From Candidatus Gottesmanbacteria bacterium RIFCSPLOWO2_01_FULL_43_11b (GTDB taxonomy: Bacteria; Patescibacteriota; Microgenomatia; UBA10105; UBA927), in the NCBI GenBank assembly GCA_001780985.1, contig MFJV01000001.1:835497-899496 (forward strand): a DNA stretch of 64,000 nucleotides, given 5' to 3'. Made by a program: the position numbers and the translations under genes. The notes beneath the pieces were generated by a model. That model did not search any database. It saw nothing but the letters and a program-made list of their open reading frames with translations, and was not told where the DNA came from. Positions within the stretch are counted from its first letter, which is position 1, and every line of letters begins with the position of its first letter. Positions 1 to 9,597 of this stretch are shown here, piece by piece.

Positions 1-990
1 AGAAAAGAACTTTTTAAAAATAAAAAAGCACTCATTTTTCCGGCCCTTGTGGGACTTCTTACTATCGCACCACTCATTCGTGTGTTTTCAGATCCAAATA
101 CTTTAACGAGATTACGAGGAACAAGTTCACTTGCCGATGAGACAGCGTTACTTTCAAGAAGCGTTCAAAAACTGGAAGACGATGCTGTAAACGGCAATCC
201 GTGGGGAATAATCTTCGACAACCGTCGGATTGTTTGGGCAAAAACCCTTCTCGACGGATATTTATCTCATTTTTCATTCCGTTGGTTGTTTCTTACGGGT
301 GATAATCCACGTCATCACGCCCCTGGCATGGGACTTGTTTACTTATGGGAATTACCATTCCTGTTGTGGGGAATGTATACTTTATTCCATAATGGAGGAA
401 AGCAATCAAGATTTCTCTTCGGCTGGTTTCTCATTGCTCCGATCGCCGCATCTCCGACAACAGAGCTGCCGCACGCCATCCGCTCCATTGTGTTTCTCCC
501 AACTTTCCAGATTTTTACCGCCATCGGACTTATCGAGCTTAGTAAATATAGAAAAATAATTCTCCCACTATTGGCAATAATTGCATTAAATATTTTCTAT
601 TTCCTTCATCTATATTTCGGGCATACAAATAATGAAGTTTCGCAATTTTGGCAATATGGATATAAACAAGCGGTGGAGTATGCAAAGCTTCATAAGGGTG
701 AATACAAAAAAATAGTGGTATCCACGGAACTGGAGCAACCGCATATGTTTTTCCTTTACTTTTTGAAATACGATCCCGTTCTGTATCTTACAGAGGGGGG
801 GACCGCGTCCGGTGGATTTGAGGAAATGCGGAATAGATTTGATATATACGAATTTCGTCCGATTGACTGGGGGAATGAACTGCGGGACGGATCGACTCTT
901 TATATCGGAACTCCGTATGAAATTGCCGACAGTGTTATTTATACGATTTATTATCTAGATGGGGCAGAGGCCATTCGGATTGCGAAGTGA
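1..990 (+). CDS. GT-C-fold integral membrane glycosyltransferase (PMT_2/ArnT-like), 5' end outside window
   Basis: Frame is open from nt 1 (the ORF-track Met at 49 is internal). Aligns by eye with residues ~200-481 of the next gene, sharing RWLFTG..LxYxWELP..PHAxRS..GGTxSGGF..FEFRPIDW blocks. Tandem paralog. Confidence 0.75.
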   Translation, partial: RKELFKNKKALIFPALVGLLTIAPLIRVFSDPNTLTRLRGTSSLADETALLSRSVQKLEDDAVNGNPWGIIFDNRRIVWAKTLLDGYLSHFSFRWLFLTGDNPRHHAPGMGLVYLWELPFLLWGMYTLFHNGGKQSRFLFGWFLIAPIAASPTTELPHAIRSIVFLPTFQIFTAIGLIELSKYRKIILPLLAIIALNIFYFLHLYFGHTNNEVSQFWQYGYKQAVEYAKLHKGEYKKIVVSTELEQPHMFFLYFLKYDPVLYLTEGGTASGGFEEMRNRFDIYEFRPIDWGNELRDGSTLYIGTPYEIADSVIYTIYYLDGAEAIRIAK

Positions 991-2432
991 ATATGAACAA
1001 ATGGGTATTATTCGGAATACTTGCCCTTGCAACTGTACTGCGGTTCTTCTCATTGTCTTCCGTCCCTCCAAGCCCGTCCCTCGACGAGGTTTCCATTGGG
1101 TATAATGCGTATTCCATTCTTCAAACGGGCAAAGATGAGTACGGGACAGCGTTTCCCATACTCCTTCGAGCCTATGACGACTGGCGGCCAGCACTTTACG
1201 TATACCTTGTCGTTCCGTTCGTAAAGTTATTGGGTCTTACAGTATCGGCAGTACGATTACCATCCGTTATTGTCTCAGTTCTAACTGTATTTCTGACGTA
1301 CGAACTTTCAAAAAAACTACTTAAAAAAGAATCCATTGCTCTGTTTGCGGCGCTACTTTTGGCTATCTCGCCCTGGCATATTTATATTTCCCGACTTGGG
1401 CATGAAGTAAATCTGGGACTTTTTGCAGGCGTTGCGTCTAGCTATTTTTTCATTCAAAAAAAATTCTTTCTGTCTTCACTATTATTTTCACTTGCGCTCT
1501 ACAGTTACCAAAGTCAAAAAATAGTAATACCGGTTGTCTTTATAGGTCTCGCGGTACTCTACCGACGTAAAATTATTCTTCCGGCTATTATTATTCTTCT
1601 TTTACTTATCCCACTTATCAAGACGAGTTTTGCCGAAGGAGCGTTCATTCGATTTCAAGCGACCCGTGCCTCGAAAGAATTCTTTTGGCCAAACTACATA
1701 AGTCATTTTGATCCAAGGTGGCTATTTACCGGTACGGAACGTGAAAATCATAAAGTTCCCAATCTGGGACTCCTGTATTGGTGGGAACTACCGCTCATAC
1801 TCATGGGCCTGTTTAAATTAAATAAACAGAATAGATTTTTTATTCTTCTCTGGATTTTTGCCTCCCCGCTTCCTGCCGCAATTACCACACAGGCACCTCA
1901 TGCAATGCGTTCTTATACAATGCTGCCATATCTTCAAATCATTGGAGCAGTTGGTTTTGTCTCTTTTTGGGAAACGTTTAAGAAATATCGAGTGTTTGAA
2001 GTACTTATTATCGGTTTGAGTATATTTTATTTTGGAAAAAACTATTACGGAGTATTTCCAAAAACGCAATCGGATTCATTTCAGTATGCCCTCACCCAAT
2101 CTATAAACTACGTGACTTCTCACCAACAAAATTATGAGAGAGTCGTATTCTCAAACAAAGATAATCTTTATCAATCATATATGTTTTTTCTTTTTTACAG
2201 CCGATACGATCCACATCAATATCTTCTCTCGGGAGGCACGAAATCCGGCGGTTTTGCAGAAACACACACGTTGGGCAAATTTGAGTTTCGTCCGATTGAC
2301 TGGAAAAAAGATTTTTCATTGAAAAATACGCTTTTTATAGGAAATCCAAGTGATTTTCCTCCTGATGTACCTACACTTGATCAGTTTTCTTATCTAAACG
2401 GAGCTGTAGGAGTCGTTGCGGTTACACCATGA
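987..2432 (+). CDS. GT-C-fold integral membrane glycosyltransferase (PMT_2/ArnT-like), 481 aa
   Basis: About 11-12 hydrophobic helices. N-terminal loop with acidic DE..Y motif (LDEVSIGYNAY, DEYGTAFP). C-terminal soluble region conserved with the upstream paralog. ATGA-type overlap with the next gene. Confidence 0.8.
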   Translation: MNMNKWVLFGILALATVLRFFSLSSVPPSPSLDEVSIGYNAYSILQTGKDEYGTAFPILLRAYDDWRPALYVYLVVPFVKLLGLTVSAVRLPSVIVSVLTVFLTYELSKKLLKKESIALFAALLLAISPWHIYISRLGHEVNLGLFAGVASSYFFIQKKFFLSSLLFSLALYSYQSQKIVIPVVFIGLAVLYRRKIILPAIIILLLLIPLIKTSFAEGAFIRFQATRASKEFFWPNYISHFDPRWLFTGTERENHKVPNLGLLYWWELPLILMGLFKLNKQNRFFILLWIFASPLPAAITTQAPHAMRSYTMLPYLQIIGAVGFVSFWETFKKYRVFEVLIIGLSIFYFGKNYYGVFPKTQSDSFQYALTQSINYVTSHQQNYERVVFSNKDNLYQSYMFFLFYSRYDPHQYLLSGGTKSGGFAETHTLGKFEFRPIDWKKDFSLKNTLFIGNPSDFPPDVPTLDQFSYLNGAVGVVAVTP

Positions 2433-3862
2433 AAATATACCTTTTGTCAGCCATATTGCTCCTGGGATTTTTTTTGCGTGCGCAAGAGACCCTGTCCGGT
2501 AATTTTCTCTTTCTCAAAGACCAGGGAAGAGATATGCTTGCGGTCAAATCTGTAGTTGTTGATAAGAAACCTACTCTCATCGGGCCATACACAGGCTTTC
2601 GGGGTGTTTTTCAGGGGCCTTTGTATTATTACATTCTTGCATTACCATTTGTAGTCTCTGGTGGAGACCCTCGTGGAGTAATGTGGCTCATGTTGACAGC
2701 GAGCATGTTAAGTATTCCTTTCGGGTATATTGTCGGCAAAAAATTCTTTTCTGAAACAACGGGGTTATTTACCGCATTCCTGTTTGCAGTCTCTCCGGCG
2801 GCGGGGGCAGCGGCAACGTTTATCTGGAGTCCGTTTTTTATTTTTCCTCTTGTATCTGCCTGGCTTTATTTTTTCCTCGATTGGGTTAGTTCATTTTCAA
2901 AAAAATCATTTGTCATTATGGTATCGTTTCTCGGGCTTATGTTTCATTTTGAAACCGCGTTTGCCGCTCCGTTTACACTTACAATCTTTATTTTTTGTTA
3001 TTTCTTAGCACGAAAAAATAAGCATTCATTTTCCGTGTTACTCTTTTTTGTAATTCTTGCAATTTTTCTTTCTCCGCTTCTTCTTTTTGATTTTAGACAC
3101 GATCATATTACTCTCAAATCAATAGTAAGTATATTGCAGGGAATGGATGTGGGTTTAGGAGGAGGGGAACCATACGGTAAAATAGTCCGCGACCATATCA
3201 TTCGATTCATACTTAACCTTAAAGCAACATTCATTGCGCAGGATTTAGTAGCAAATATATTTTCATTCGTTTTTCTTTTTTCAGCCGTGTATTACATGAT
3301 TGCCGGGTTATCAAAAAAAATAAAATTACTTGTTCTCATTCCACTGGTTCTCTTTACCATATATTTATTTTTCCCATACCAAATTTGGGATTGGTACGTT
3401 ATCGGATTGTTCCCCATATATTTACTCCTGGGTGGGATATTTTTAACTAACAGACGTTGGCGACTCATGAGTATGATTGTTGTTATTGTACTTCTGAGCA
3501 ACGCCTATGTGAAACTCGATAATTTATACCGTTACCCGGATCATGGAGGAACGGCGAAACTTAGAGGTAAGCTTGAGGCAATAGATGCGGTGTATAAAGA
3601 TGCAAATGGTCAGCCTTTTTCACTGGAAGTTTTTACACCGGTAGTACTTACTGACGCTTACGATTATCTTATTTGGTGGTATGGATTAAAAAAATATTCG
3701 TACACCCCAGAAGATCGTGGAATGCTATATCTTTTGATTGAATCTGACCCATCAAAGCCTTGGAGTTATAATGGATGGATTGAGACTGAAATTAAAATAG
3801 GATCGACAATCGACACATATGAACTTCCGTCCGGATTTATAATACAAAAACGAAAGATATGA
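2429..3862 (+). CDS. GT-C-like polytopic membrane protein (putative glycosyltransferase), 477 aa
   Basis: Hydrophobic multi-TM N-terminal ~350 aa followed by soluble C-terminal ~120 aa. Start overlaps upstream stop (ATGA). Architecture resembles ArnT/GT83 but motifs are weaker. Confidence 0.65.
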   Translation: MKIYLLSAILLLGFFLRAQETLSGNFLFLKDQGRDMLAVKSVVVDKKPTLIGPYTGFRGVFQGPLYYYILALPFVVSGGDPRGVMWLMLTASMLSIPFGYIVGKKFFSETTGLFTAFLFAVSPAAGAAATFIWSPFFIFPLVSAWLYFFLDWVSSFSKKSFVIMVSFLGLMFHFETAFAAPFTLTIFIFCYFLARKNKHSFSVLLFFVILAIFLSPLLLFDFRHDHITLKSIVSILQGMDVGLGGGEPYGKIVRDHIIRFILNLKATFIAQDLVANIFSFVFLFSAVYYMIAGLSKKIKLLVLIPLVLFTIYLFFPYQIWDWYVIGLFPIYLLLGGIFLTNRRWRLMSMIVVIVLLSNAYVKLDNLYRYPDHGGTAKLRGKLEAIDAVYKDANGQPFSLEVFTPVVLTDAYDYLIWWYGLKKYSYTPEDRGMLYLLIESDPSKPWSYNGWIETEIKIGSTIDTYELPSGFIIQKRKI

Positions 3863-5421
3863 AACTACTTATTGTTTTTTCTCTTATTCCGCTTTTCAAT
3901 CTTCTTACACCGGGTCTTCCGGTTACGCACGACGGGCAGGACCATGTTGCACGCATTGCTAATTTTTACCTGTCACTCTCAGAAGGAAATATGATTCCCC
4001 GCTGGGCAGGTAATTTAAACTGGGGGTATGGACACCCGATCTTGATGTTCCTGTATCCGTTGCCTTCCTATGTTGCTTCATTATTCCATGCACTCGGACT
4101 ATCATTCGTTGATTCTACTAAATTGGTTTTTGCCCTTTTTTATGTAGCAAGTGTACTGGCAATGTATGTATGGCTGCGAAATCACTGGGGAAAGATTCCG
4201 GGATATGTTGGCGCAATACTCTATGGTTTTGCTCCTTATCGATTCGTTGATCTTTATGTACGTGGAGCAATCGGCGAACATGTTGCGTTTGTTTTTCTGC
4301 CGCTTGTTCTTTTGGGTTTATACAAAAAATCTCCAATGCTTACAACATTCAGCATGGCCGGGCTCATTCTTTCTCACAATGCAATAAGCCTCATGTTCCT
4401 GCCAATAATTGCACTTTATATTTTGTTTCTGAAACGAGATACTCGCTTCTTATTTTTTGCATGCTACTCCTTGTTCTTGGGTTTTCTTGTTTCTGCATTT
4501 TTTTGGATACCTGCGTTTTTTGAAGGGAAGTATACCCTACGCGACATTGTTACAAAAGGAGAATTTGGTGATCGATTTGTTCCTTGGAGTTGGTTTTTTT
4601 CATCACCCTGGAACTATGGCGGAGGAAATCAACTGACGAAAGAATTGGGGATAACGCAGTGGCTTTCAGTTGTCATTTCACTTTTTTACCTCCGGAAAAA
4701 ACAAAATCGAGTTGTAATTCTGACACTACTTCTGATATTATTTATTGTTCTGTTTCTTATGACCCAGGGATCAGCCTTTATTTGGAATACAATATCACTT
4801 TTGCAGAAATTTCAATTTCCCTGGAGACTTCTTAGCGTTGCAGTATTTATCACATCAGTTCTCGGCGCTTTCGCCGTTGCTCATCTTCCAAAAAAAACAA
4901 TGGTAGCCGTTATATTAGTTGGTTTATCCCTCATGACAACCTCCCACATGTGGAAAGCAAAGGAATACACAGTCAGACATGAATCATTTTACGCGGGTAT
5001 CTATGAGAGCACAACTGACACGGGTGAGAGCAGTCCAATCTGGTCTGTGCGCTTCATGGAAAAAAGAGCGGCCGCCGCTATAGAAGTTATCGAGGGAAAT
5101 GCGGATGTTGAATTGGGTCGACGTACGACAACGTCGAGAGAATATAAAGTAAAAACTCAAACACCGACGAGGCTTGCTGAAAACACGTTATATTTTCCCG
5201 GTTGGCGGATATCGGTAGACGGACAACCAGCTGGAATTGAATTTCAAGATCCGAACTACCGGGGACTCATGACATTTCAGCTCGAGAAGGGAGATCATCA
5301 GGTCATAATAGACTTTGTCGAAACAAAATTACGAATGGCAGCTAATTTAATTTCCGTTGCGGGACTTGTACTTCTTTTATTCTGGTATGCCAAAATTCGT
5401 TCTCATACTGCTTCTGTCTAG
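3859..5421 (+). CDS. PTPS-related/YfhO-like integral membrane protein (putative GT-C glycosyltransferase), 520 aa
   Basis: N-terminal THDGQDHVARI..RWAGNLNWGYGHP motif typical of the 6-pyruvoyl-tetrahydropterin-synthase-related membrane family (PF10131-like). C-terminal beta-rich YFPGWRISVDG region. Paralog at 12090..13592. Confidence 0.7.
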   Translation: MKLLIVFSLIPLFNLLTPGLPVTHDGQDHVARIANFYLSLSEGNMIPRWAGNLNWGYGHPILMFLYPLPSYVASLFHALGLSFVDSTKLVFALFYVASVLAMYVWLRNHWGKIPGYVGAILYGFAPYRFVDLYVRGAIGEHVAFVFLPLVLLGLYKKSPMLTTFSMAGLILSHNAISLMFLPIIALYILFLKRDTRFLFFACYSLFLGFLVSAFFWIPAFFEGKYTLRDIVTKGEFGDRFVPWSWFFSSPWNYGGGNQLTKELGITQWLSVVISLFYLRKKQNRVVILTLLLILFIVLFLMTQGSAFIWNTISLLQKFQFPWRLLSVAVFITSVLGAFAVAHLPKKTMVAVILVGLSLMTTSHMWKAKEYTVRHESFYAGIYESTTDTGESSPIWSVRFMEKRAAAAIEVIEGNADVELGRRTTTSREYKVKTQTPTRLAENTLYFPGWRISVDGQPAGIEFQDPNYRGLMTFQLEKGDHQVIIDFVETKLRMAANLISVAGLVLLLFWYAKIRSHTASV

Positions 5422-6607
5422 TTTTCTGCTATTTTGGCGATTAGGAGACACGCATCTATCCAATTGGGATGAAGCGTGGTATGCGGATGTTTCCAGAACT
5501 ATAGCAGAGAAGGGTAACGTTTTGACCCCAACCTGGAACGGACAACCTTTCCTTGAAAAGCCCCCTCTCCATTATTGGTTGACCGCTATTTCTTACAGAA
5601 TTTTTGGCGATTCAGAGTTTTCAGCCCGGTTTATATCTGCTGTTGCCGGCATTGGCACGACGCTTCTTGCGTATAAATTTGGCGGTTTATCATCGGCACT
5701 CATCTTGCTCTCAACACCGGCATTCCTGTGGCGAGCGCGAACGGGAAATCTCGATAGCCTTCTGACTTTTCTTATTTTTCTCTCTGCCGTTTATCCGAGC
5801 GGAGCAGCATCAGGGCTCGCATTTTTGACAAAAGGTTTTATAGGATTTTTCTACCCGTTGTTTTACCACAGGAGAAGCTTGATTTTGGGTTCAATTATTG
5901 CAGGTGTATGGTTTTTGGTGAGCTACGTTGTCAATGGACAAGTATTCTTACAACAATTTTTTGCACAGCAGGGAGAAAAAATTGGGTCTATACGGTTTTC
6001 ACTTGATTACATCATACATCTCAAAACAGGACTTAAGCTTTGGTTTATTATTTTTTTTCCGGCGATGTATTTTGTAAGAAAAAAACTTAAAAACTTTGTA
6101 TTGTTTGTATGCCTTTTTCTTTTGTTTCTTTCATTTTTGCAGGAGAAGAGCACGTGGTTTCTCATGCCTGTTTATCCTTTTATAGCACTTATTGTTGGTC
6201 GGTGGATACCAAAACGATATCTACTTGCTGTATTGATAATAGCTATTTTTCAGATCATCTACTTTCGTTCGGAATACTTTGTTCCTGATGTTGCAGCTGA
6301 CGAGGCTCGCGTATCTATTGCCTCGCAACAACTTACAAAGGAAGACGATATTATTTATCTAACGCACTATTACTATCCCACGGCAGTCTACTATAGCAGA
6401 CGTAAAACCTATGCTGTCTATGCCGAAAACCCCTCCGTTACCTGGTGGATTTTACCCAAAAGCTCGTGGGGCGAGATACTTGGGGGTAGTCGGATATTTA
6501 TCAATACTACCCGCGATGATCTTAAGGAATTGGAGCGTCAATTTCCTACGATTCGCTTCGAAACGCTTTTTTCTTCAGGTGATAAGCTCCTCGTGAAAAA
6601 GGTATAA
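5357..6607 (+). CDS. ArnT/PMT-family GT-C glycosyltransferase (4-amino-arabinose transferase-like)
   Basis: Motifs NWDEAWYADV and EKPPLHYWL in the first periplasmic loop. Multi-TM. True start may be the internal Met near 5390 (MPKFVLILLL), which still overlaps the upstream gene. Confidence 0.8.
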   Translation: MRDLYFFYSGMPKFVLILLLSSFLLFWRLGDTHLSNWDEAWYADVSRTIAEKGNVLTPTWNGQPFLEKPPLHYWLTAISYRIFGDSEFSARFISAVAGIGTTLLAYKFGGLSSALILLSTPAFLWRARTGNLDSLLTFLIFLSAVYPSGAASGLAFLTKGFIGFFYPLFYHRRSLILGSIIAGVWFLVSYVVNGQVFLQQFFAQQGEKIGSIRFSLDYIIHLKTGLKLWFIIFFPAMYFVRKKLKNFVLFVCLFLLFLSFLQEKSTWFLMPVYPFIALIVGRWIPKRYLLAVLIIAIFQIIYFRSEYFVPDVAADEARVSIASQQLTKEDDIIYLTHYYYPTAVYYSRRKTYAVYAENPSVTWWILPKSSWGEILGGSRIFINTTRDDLKELERQFPTIRFETLFSSGDKLLVKKV

Positions 6608-6617
6608 TAAGATAAGT

Positions 6618-7379
6618 ATGAGTCTTTCGGTGGTTCTTGCGACATTTAATGAGGAAGATCGGATTGGGGAGTGTTTAACGTCAATTAAAGATATTGCTGA
6701 TGAGATTGTGGTTGTCGACGGGAGGTCGACGGATCGGACAGCGGAGATTGCAAAGAGTTTTGGGGCAAAAGTAAAAGTTGTTGAGAATGAGTATATTTTT
6801 CATATTAACAAACAAAAAGCAGTTGATTTAGCCACAAAAGATTGGGTCCTCCAGCTTGACGCGGACGAAATTGTATCAGTCGAACTGTTAAGTGAAATAA
6901 AAACGGCAATAAAAAGTAAGCAATATAATGGTTATTACATTCCCCGTAAAAACTATTTTCTAGGTCACCGGATGAAAAAAGGTGGACAATATCCCGATCC
7001 AGTCATTAGACTCTTTAAAAAAGGAAAGGGCAGATTTCCTCAAAAAAGCGTTCATGAACAAATTATGATAGACGGAAACGTAGGAACATTAAAAAATGAA
7101 CTTCTTCACTATCCATACCAAACTCTTTCAGAATACTGGGAGAAAGCTGTTCGCTACAGTCATTTAACCGCACGAGAAATGGCACAAGCCAACGCAAAAA
7201 AGAATTTAGTTACCGCACTCAATTATTTACTCCTTAAACCCACATTTACATTTCTTAATCTTTTTATCCGCCATCAAGGATTTGTTGACGGAATATACGG
7301 ATTTTTATTTGCGTACTTATCAGGGATTCAATTACAAATAGCGCTCTTTAAATATTTTTATGGAAAAAACCTCGACTAA
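6618..7379 (+). CDS. GT2 family glycosyltransferase
   Basis: VVLATFNEEDRIGECL...VVVDGRSTDRTAEIA...LQLDADE (DxD). Amphipathic, hydrophobic C-terminus. Confidence 0.85.
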   Translation: MSLSVVLATFNEEDRIGECLTSIKDIADEIVVVDGRSTDRTAEIAKSFGAKVKVVENEYIFHINKQKAVDLATKDWVLQLDADEIVSVELLSEIKTAIKSKQYNGYYIPRKNYFLGHRMKKGGQYPDPVIRLFKKGKGRFPQKSVHEQIMIDGNVGTLKNELLHYPYQTLSEYWEKAVRYSHLTAREMAQANAKKNLVTALNYLLLKPTFTFLNLFIRHQGFVDGIYGFLFAYLSGIQLQIALFKYFYGKNLD

Positions 7380-8073
7380 ATCACACTGGAGAGATTACTG
7401 GAATAGATCCGATCACCAACCTGTCGTTACCCATGAGGAGTTGCTTGCCAATTTACTGGCAACAACATCTGTTAAGGGTAAAAAAATATTGGAGGTGGGA
7501 GCAGGAATGGGTGGGGACAGTATCTATTTATCAAAAAAAGGAGCACACGTCACCGTTGTTGATTTTACAAAAGAGGCGCTTGAAAAGATTAATGAAAATG
7601 CAAAAAAAGCAAAAGTAACGATAAAAACTGTTCAGGCTGATGCAAGAAACATGCCCTTTGCAGATAACACATTTGATATTATTTTTCATCAGGGATTACT
7701 CGAACATTTCAAAAATCCCAAAGAACTCCTCATTGAGCAGAAACGCGTTCTGAAATCCGGAGGGTATCTGCTTGTTGACGTACCGCAGCGGTATACCACC
7801 TACACAGTTAAAAAACATCTTCTCATGATATTAGGCAAGTGGTTTGCCGGTTGGGAGAGAGAATTTTCCGCAGGAGAATTGGAGCAATTATTAACAGACG
7901 AAGGGTATAGCGTTGTTCGTTCATACGGATGGGGCTATTATGGGAAGCTCCACAATATCCGTTTCGCTAAATTAGGAGCATGGTATGAAGCTATATGGAA
8001 GTTTATTGAATCGACCCGTATGAAGCTCTATCTCAACTGGTGTATAGGAGTTATTGTTCAAAAGATTGCATGA
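7360..8073 (+). CDS. class I SAM-dependent methyltransferase
   Basis: ILEVGAGMGGDSIYL (motif I) and DIIFHQGLLEHF (Methyltransf_11-like). Confidence 0.85.
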   Translation: MEKTSTKSHWRDYWNRSDHQPVVTHEELLANLLATTSVKGKKILEVGAGMGGDSIYLSKKGAHVTVVDFTKEALEKINENAKKAKVTIKTVQADARNMPFADNTFDIIFHQGLLEHFKNPKELLIEQKRVLKSGGYLLVDVPQRYTTYTVKKHLLMILGKWFAGWEREFSAGELEQLLTDEGYSVVRSYGWGYYGKLHNIRFAKLGAWYEAIWKFIESTRMKLYLNWCIGVIVQKIA

Positions 8074-8516
8074 AATATATTTTCATACTGACTCTTTTTT
8101 TAGTTTTTGCTACTCATGCTTTTGCTTACACTCTCCCTTACCCGTCGTACATGCCCGGACACAAGCTCTACAAAATTTCCCGATTTCTCGATCAGGCTAA
8201 AGCATGGTGGTATTGGGGAGTGAAATCAAAAATAAAGTATCATGCGTCTTTAGCTGACAAATATCTGGTTGAGTCAAAAACACTTTTTGAATATCAACAA
8301 TATCTGCTTGCGGTTGATGCACTCAGAAGATCAAATGAGCAGATTACGGCGATTTCTTCGAGATCAGGGGAACAGATGAAAGCACATACGGACGTCCTCG
8401 AACGCTTAAAACAAATGCTTCCGGAAGAATTTCTCTGGCAACCGGAAAAAGAGACACCTACACGATTGCCGCTACATATACTTCTTGACGAAGCGCTATT
8501 TATTCGAAATGAATAA
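8071..8516 (+). CDS. small secreted DUF5667-like protein (signal peptide + helical domain)
   Basis: Start MKYIFILTLFLVFATHAFA is a signal peptide; the ATG overlaps the upstream stop as ATGA. PGHKLYKISRFLDQAKAWWYW...ADKYLVES block is shared with the paralog at 30141..30689. Confidence 0.6.
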
Positions 8517-9597
8517 ACTTATAATTACTCTTTTGCTTTCCTGGATTGTTTTTTCTCTGGGAAATATTGTATTTAATCCTGTTAATCAATACTTTAACCG
8601 ATACTTCAACGAGAACGTCTATCAGAATTTAGAGCGTTTATACAATAATTCTCAATATAGGCAAAAGAATCCGATATCAGTTATCGCAGATGAAATTGTG
8701 TTTCGATACGCAGCAGCGGCATACATCCGCGGAGCAGACCCGATTCTTATAAACTCAGAACATACTCCATTAGGGAAGTACATGATAGGTTTGTCATTTT
8801 TATGGTTTCAAAACGATGGCGTTGCAATAGTTTTTTTTGCCGTATTATCGCTTTTTACACTCTGGCTACTTGGGAAACAGATATTTAAGGATACAACATG
8901 GGCATTAGTTCCTGTTGCGTTATGGGTAACTGAGCCGCTTTTTCAAAATCAGTTACGCGTTACGCCGCTACTGGATATTATTCAACTTCCATGGATTCTT
9001 TTGGCTTTGTATGCTTTTATAAAAAAACGATTTTTATTGACAGCGATATTTCTTGGCTTAGTTGCTGCAACAAAAAGTGTTGTCCCTTCAATGCTTCTCG
9101 TGTTTTCTTTTTTCCTTTTTTTTGCATTCAAGAATAAAATTCGTGAGTTCTTTCGCTTTGTGCCCTGGTTATTTATTAGTTTTTGTATCTTAGCTCTTTC
9201 CTATACAAGGACGTTTCTTAACGGTTACTCGTTGTGGGATTTTTTGGGTTTTCAAAAATGGATTCTCACTTACCAGCAGAGTAAACTCATTTTCCCGTTT
9301 TCTTTTTGGAAGCTTATGTTTCTCAACCAGTGGCAGACCTGGTGGGGAGATATGGCGGTTCACAAAGCGGAAGATTGGTTCTGGACCTGGCCGATTATCG
9401 TACTCGTTCCTTTTATTCTATTAATCATGAAGAGGAAAAAATTTAACGACGGTATGCTCGTTTTGGTTCTATGGGTTTTTGTTTACGAGATTTTTTTGTC
9501 TTCCGGGATAGTTGTAACCAGATTCCTCTTGCCGCTTATTCCTATTTTATATATCCTATCAGTGCAATTTGTCCGCGAAATTATTCATAGATCATGA
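8509..9597 (+). CDS. polytopic integral membrane protein, unknown function (possible GT-C)
   Basis: Start MNKLIITLLL overlaps the upstream stop by 8 nt. About 9-10 hydrophobic segments. No recognisable catalytic motif. Confidence 0.6.
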   Translation: MNKLIITLLLSWIVFSLGNIVFNPVNQYFNRYFNENVYQNLERLYNNSQYRQKNPISVIADEIVFRYAAAAYIRGADPILINSEHTPLGKYMIGLSFLWFQNDGVAIVFFAVLSLFTLWLLGKQIFKDTTWALVPVALWVTEPLFQNQLRVTPLLDIIQLPWILLALYAFIKKRFLLTAIFLGLVAATKSVVPSMLLVFSFFLFFAFKNKIREFFRFVPWLFISFCILALSYTRTFLNGYSLWDFLGFQKWILTYQQSKLIFPFSFWKLMFLNQWQTWWGDMAVHKAEDWFWTWPIIVLVPFILLIMKRKKFNDGMLVLVLWVFVYEIFLSSGIVVTRFLLPLIPILYILSVQFVREIIHRS

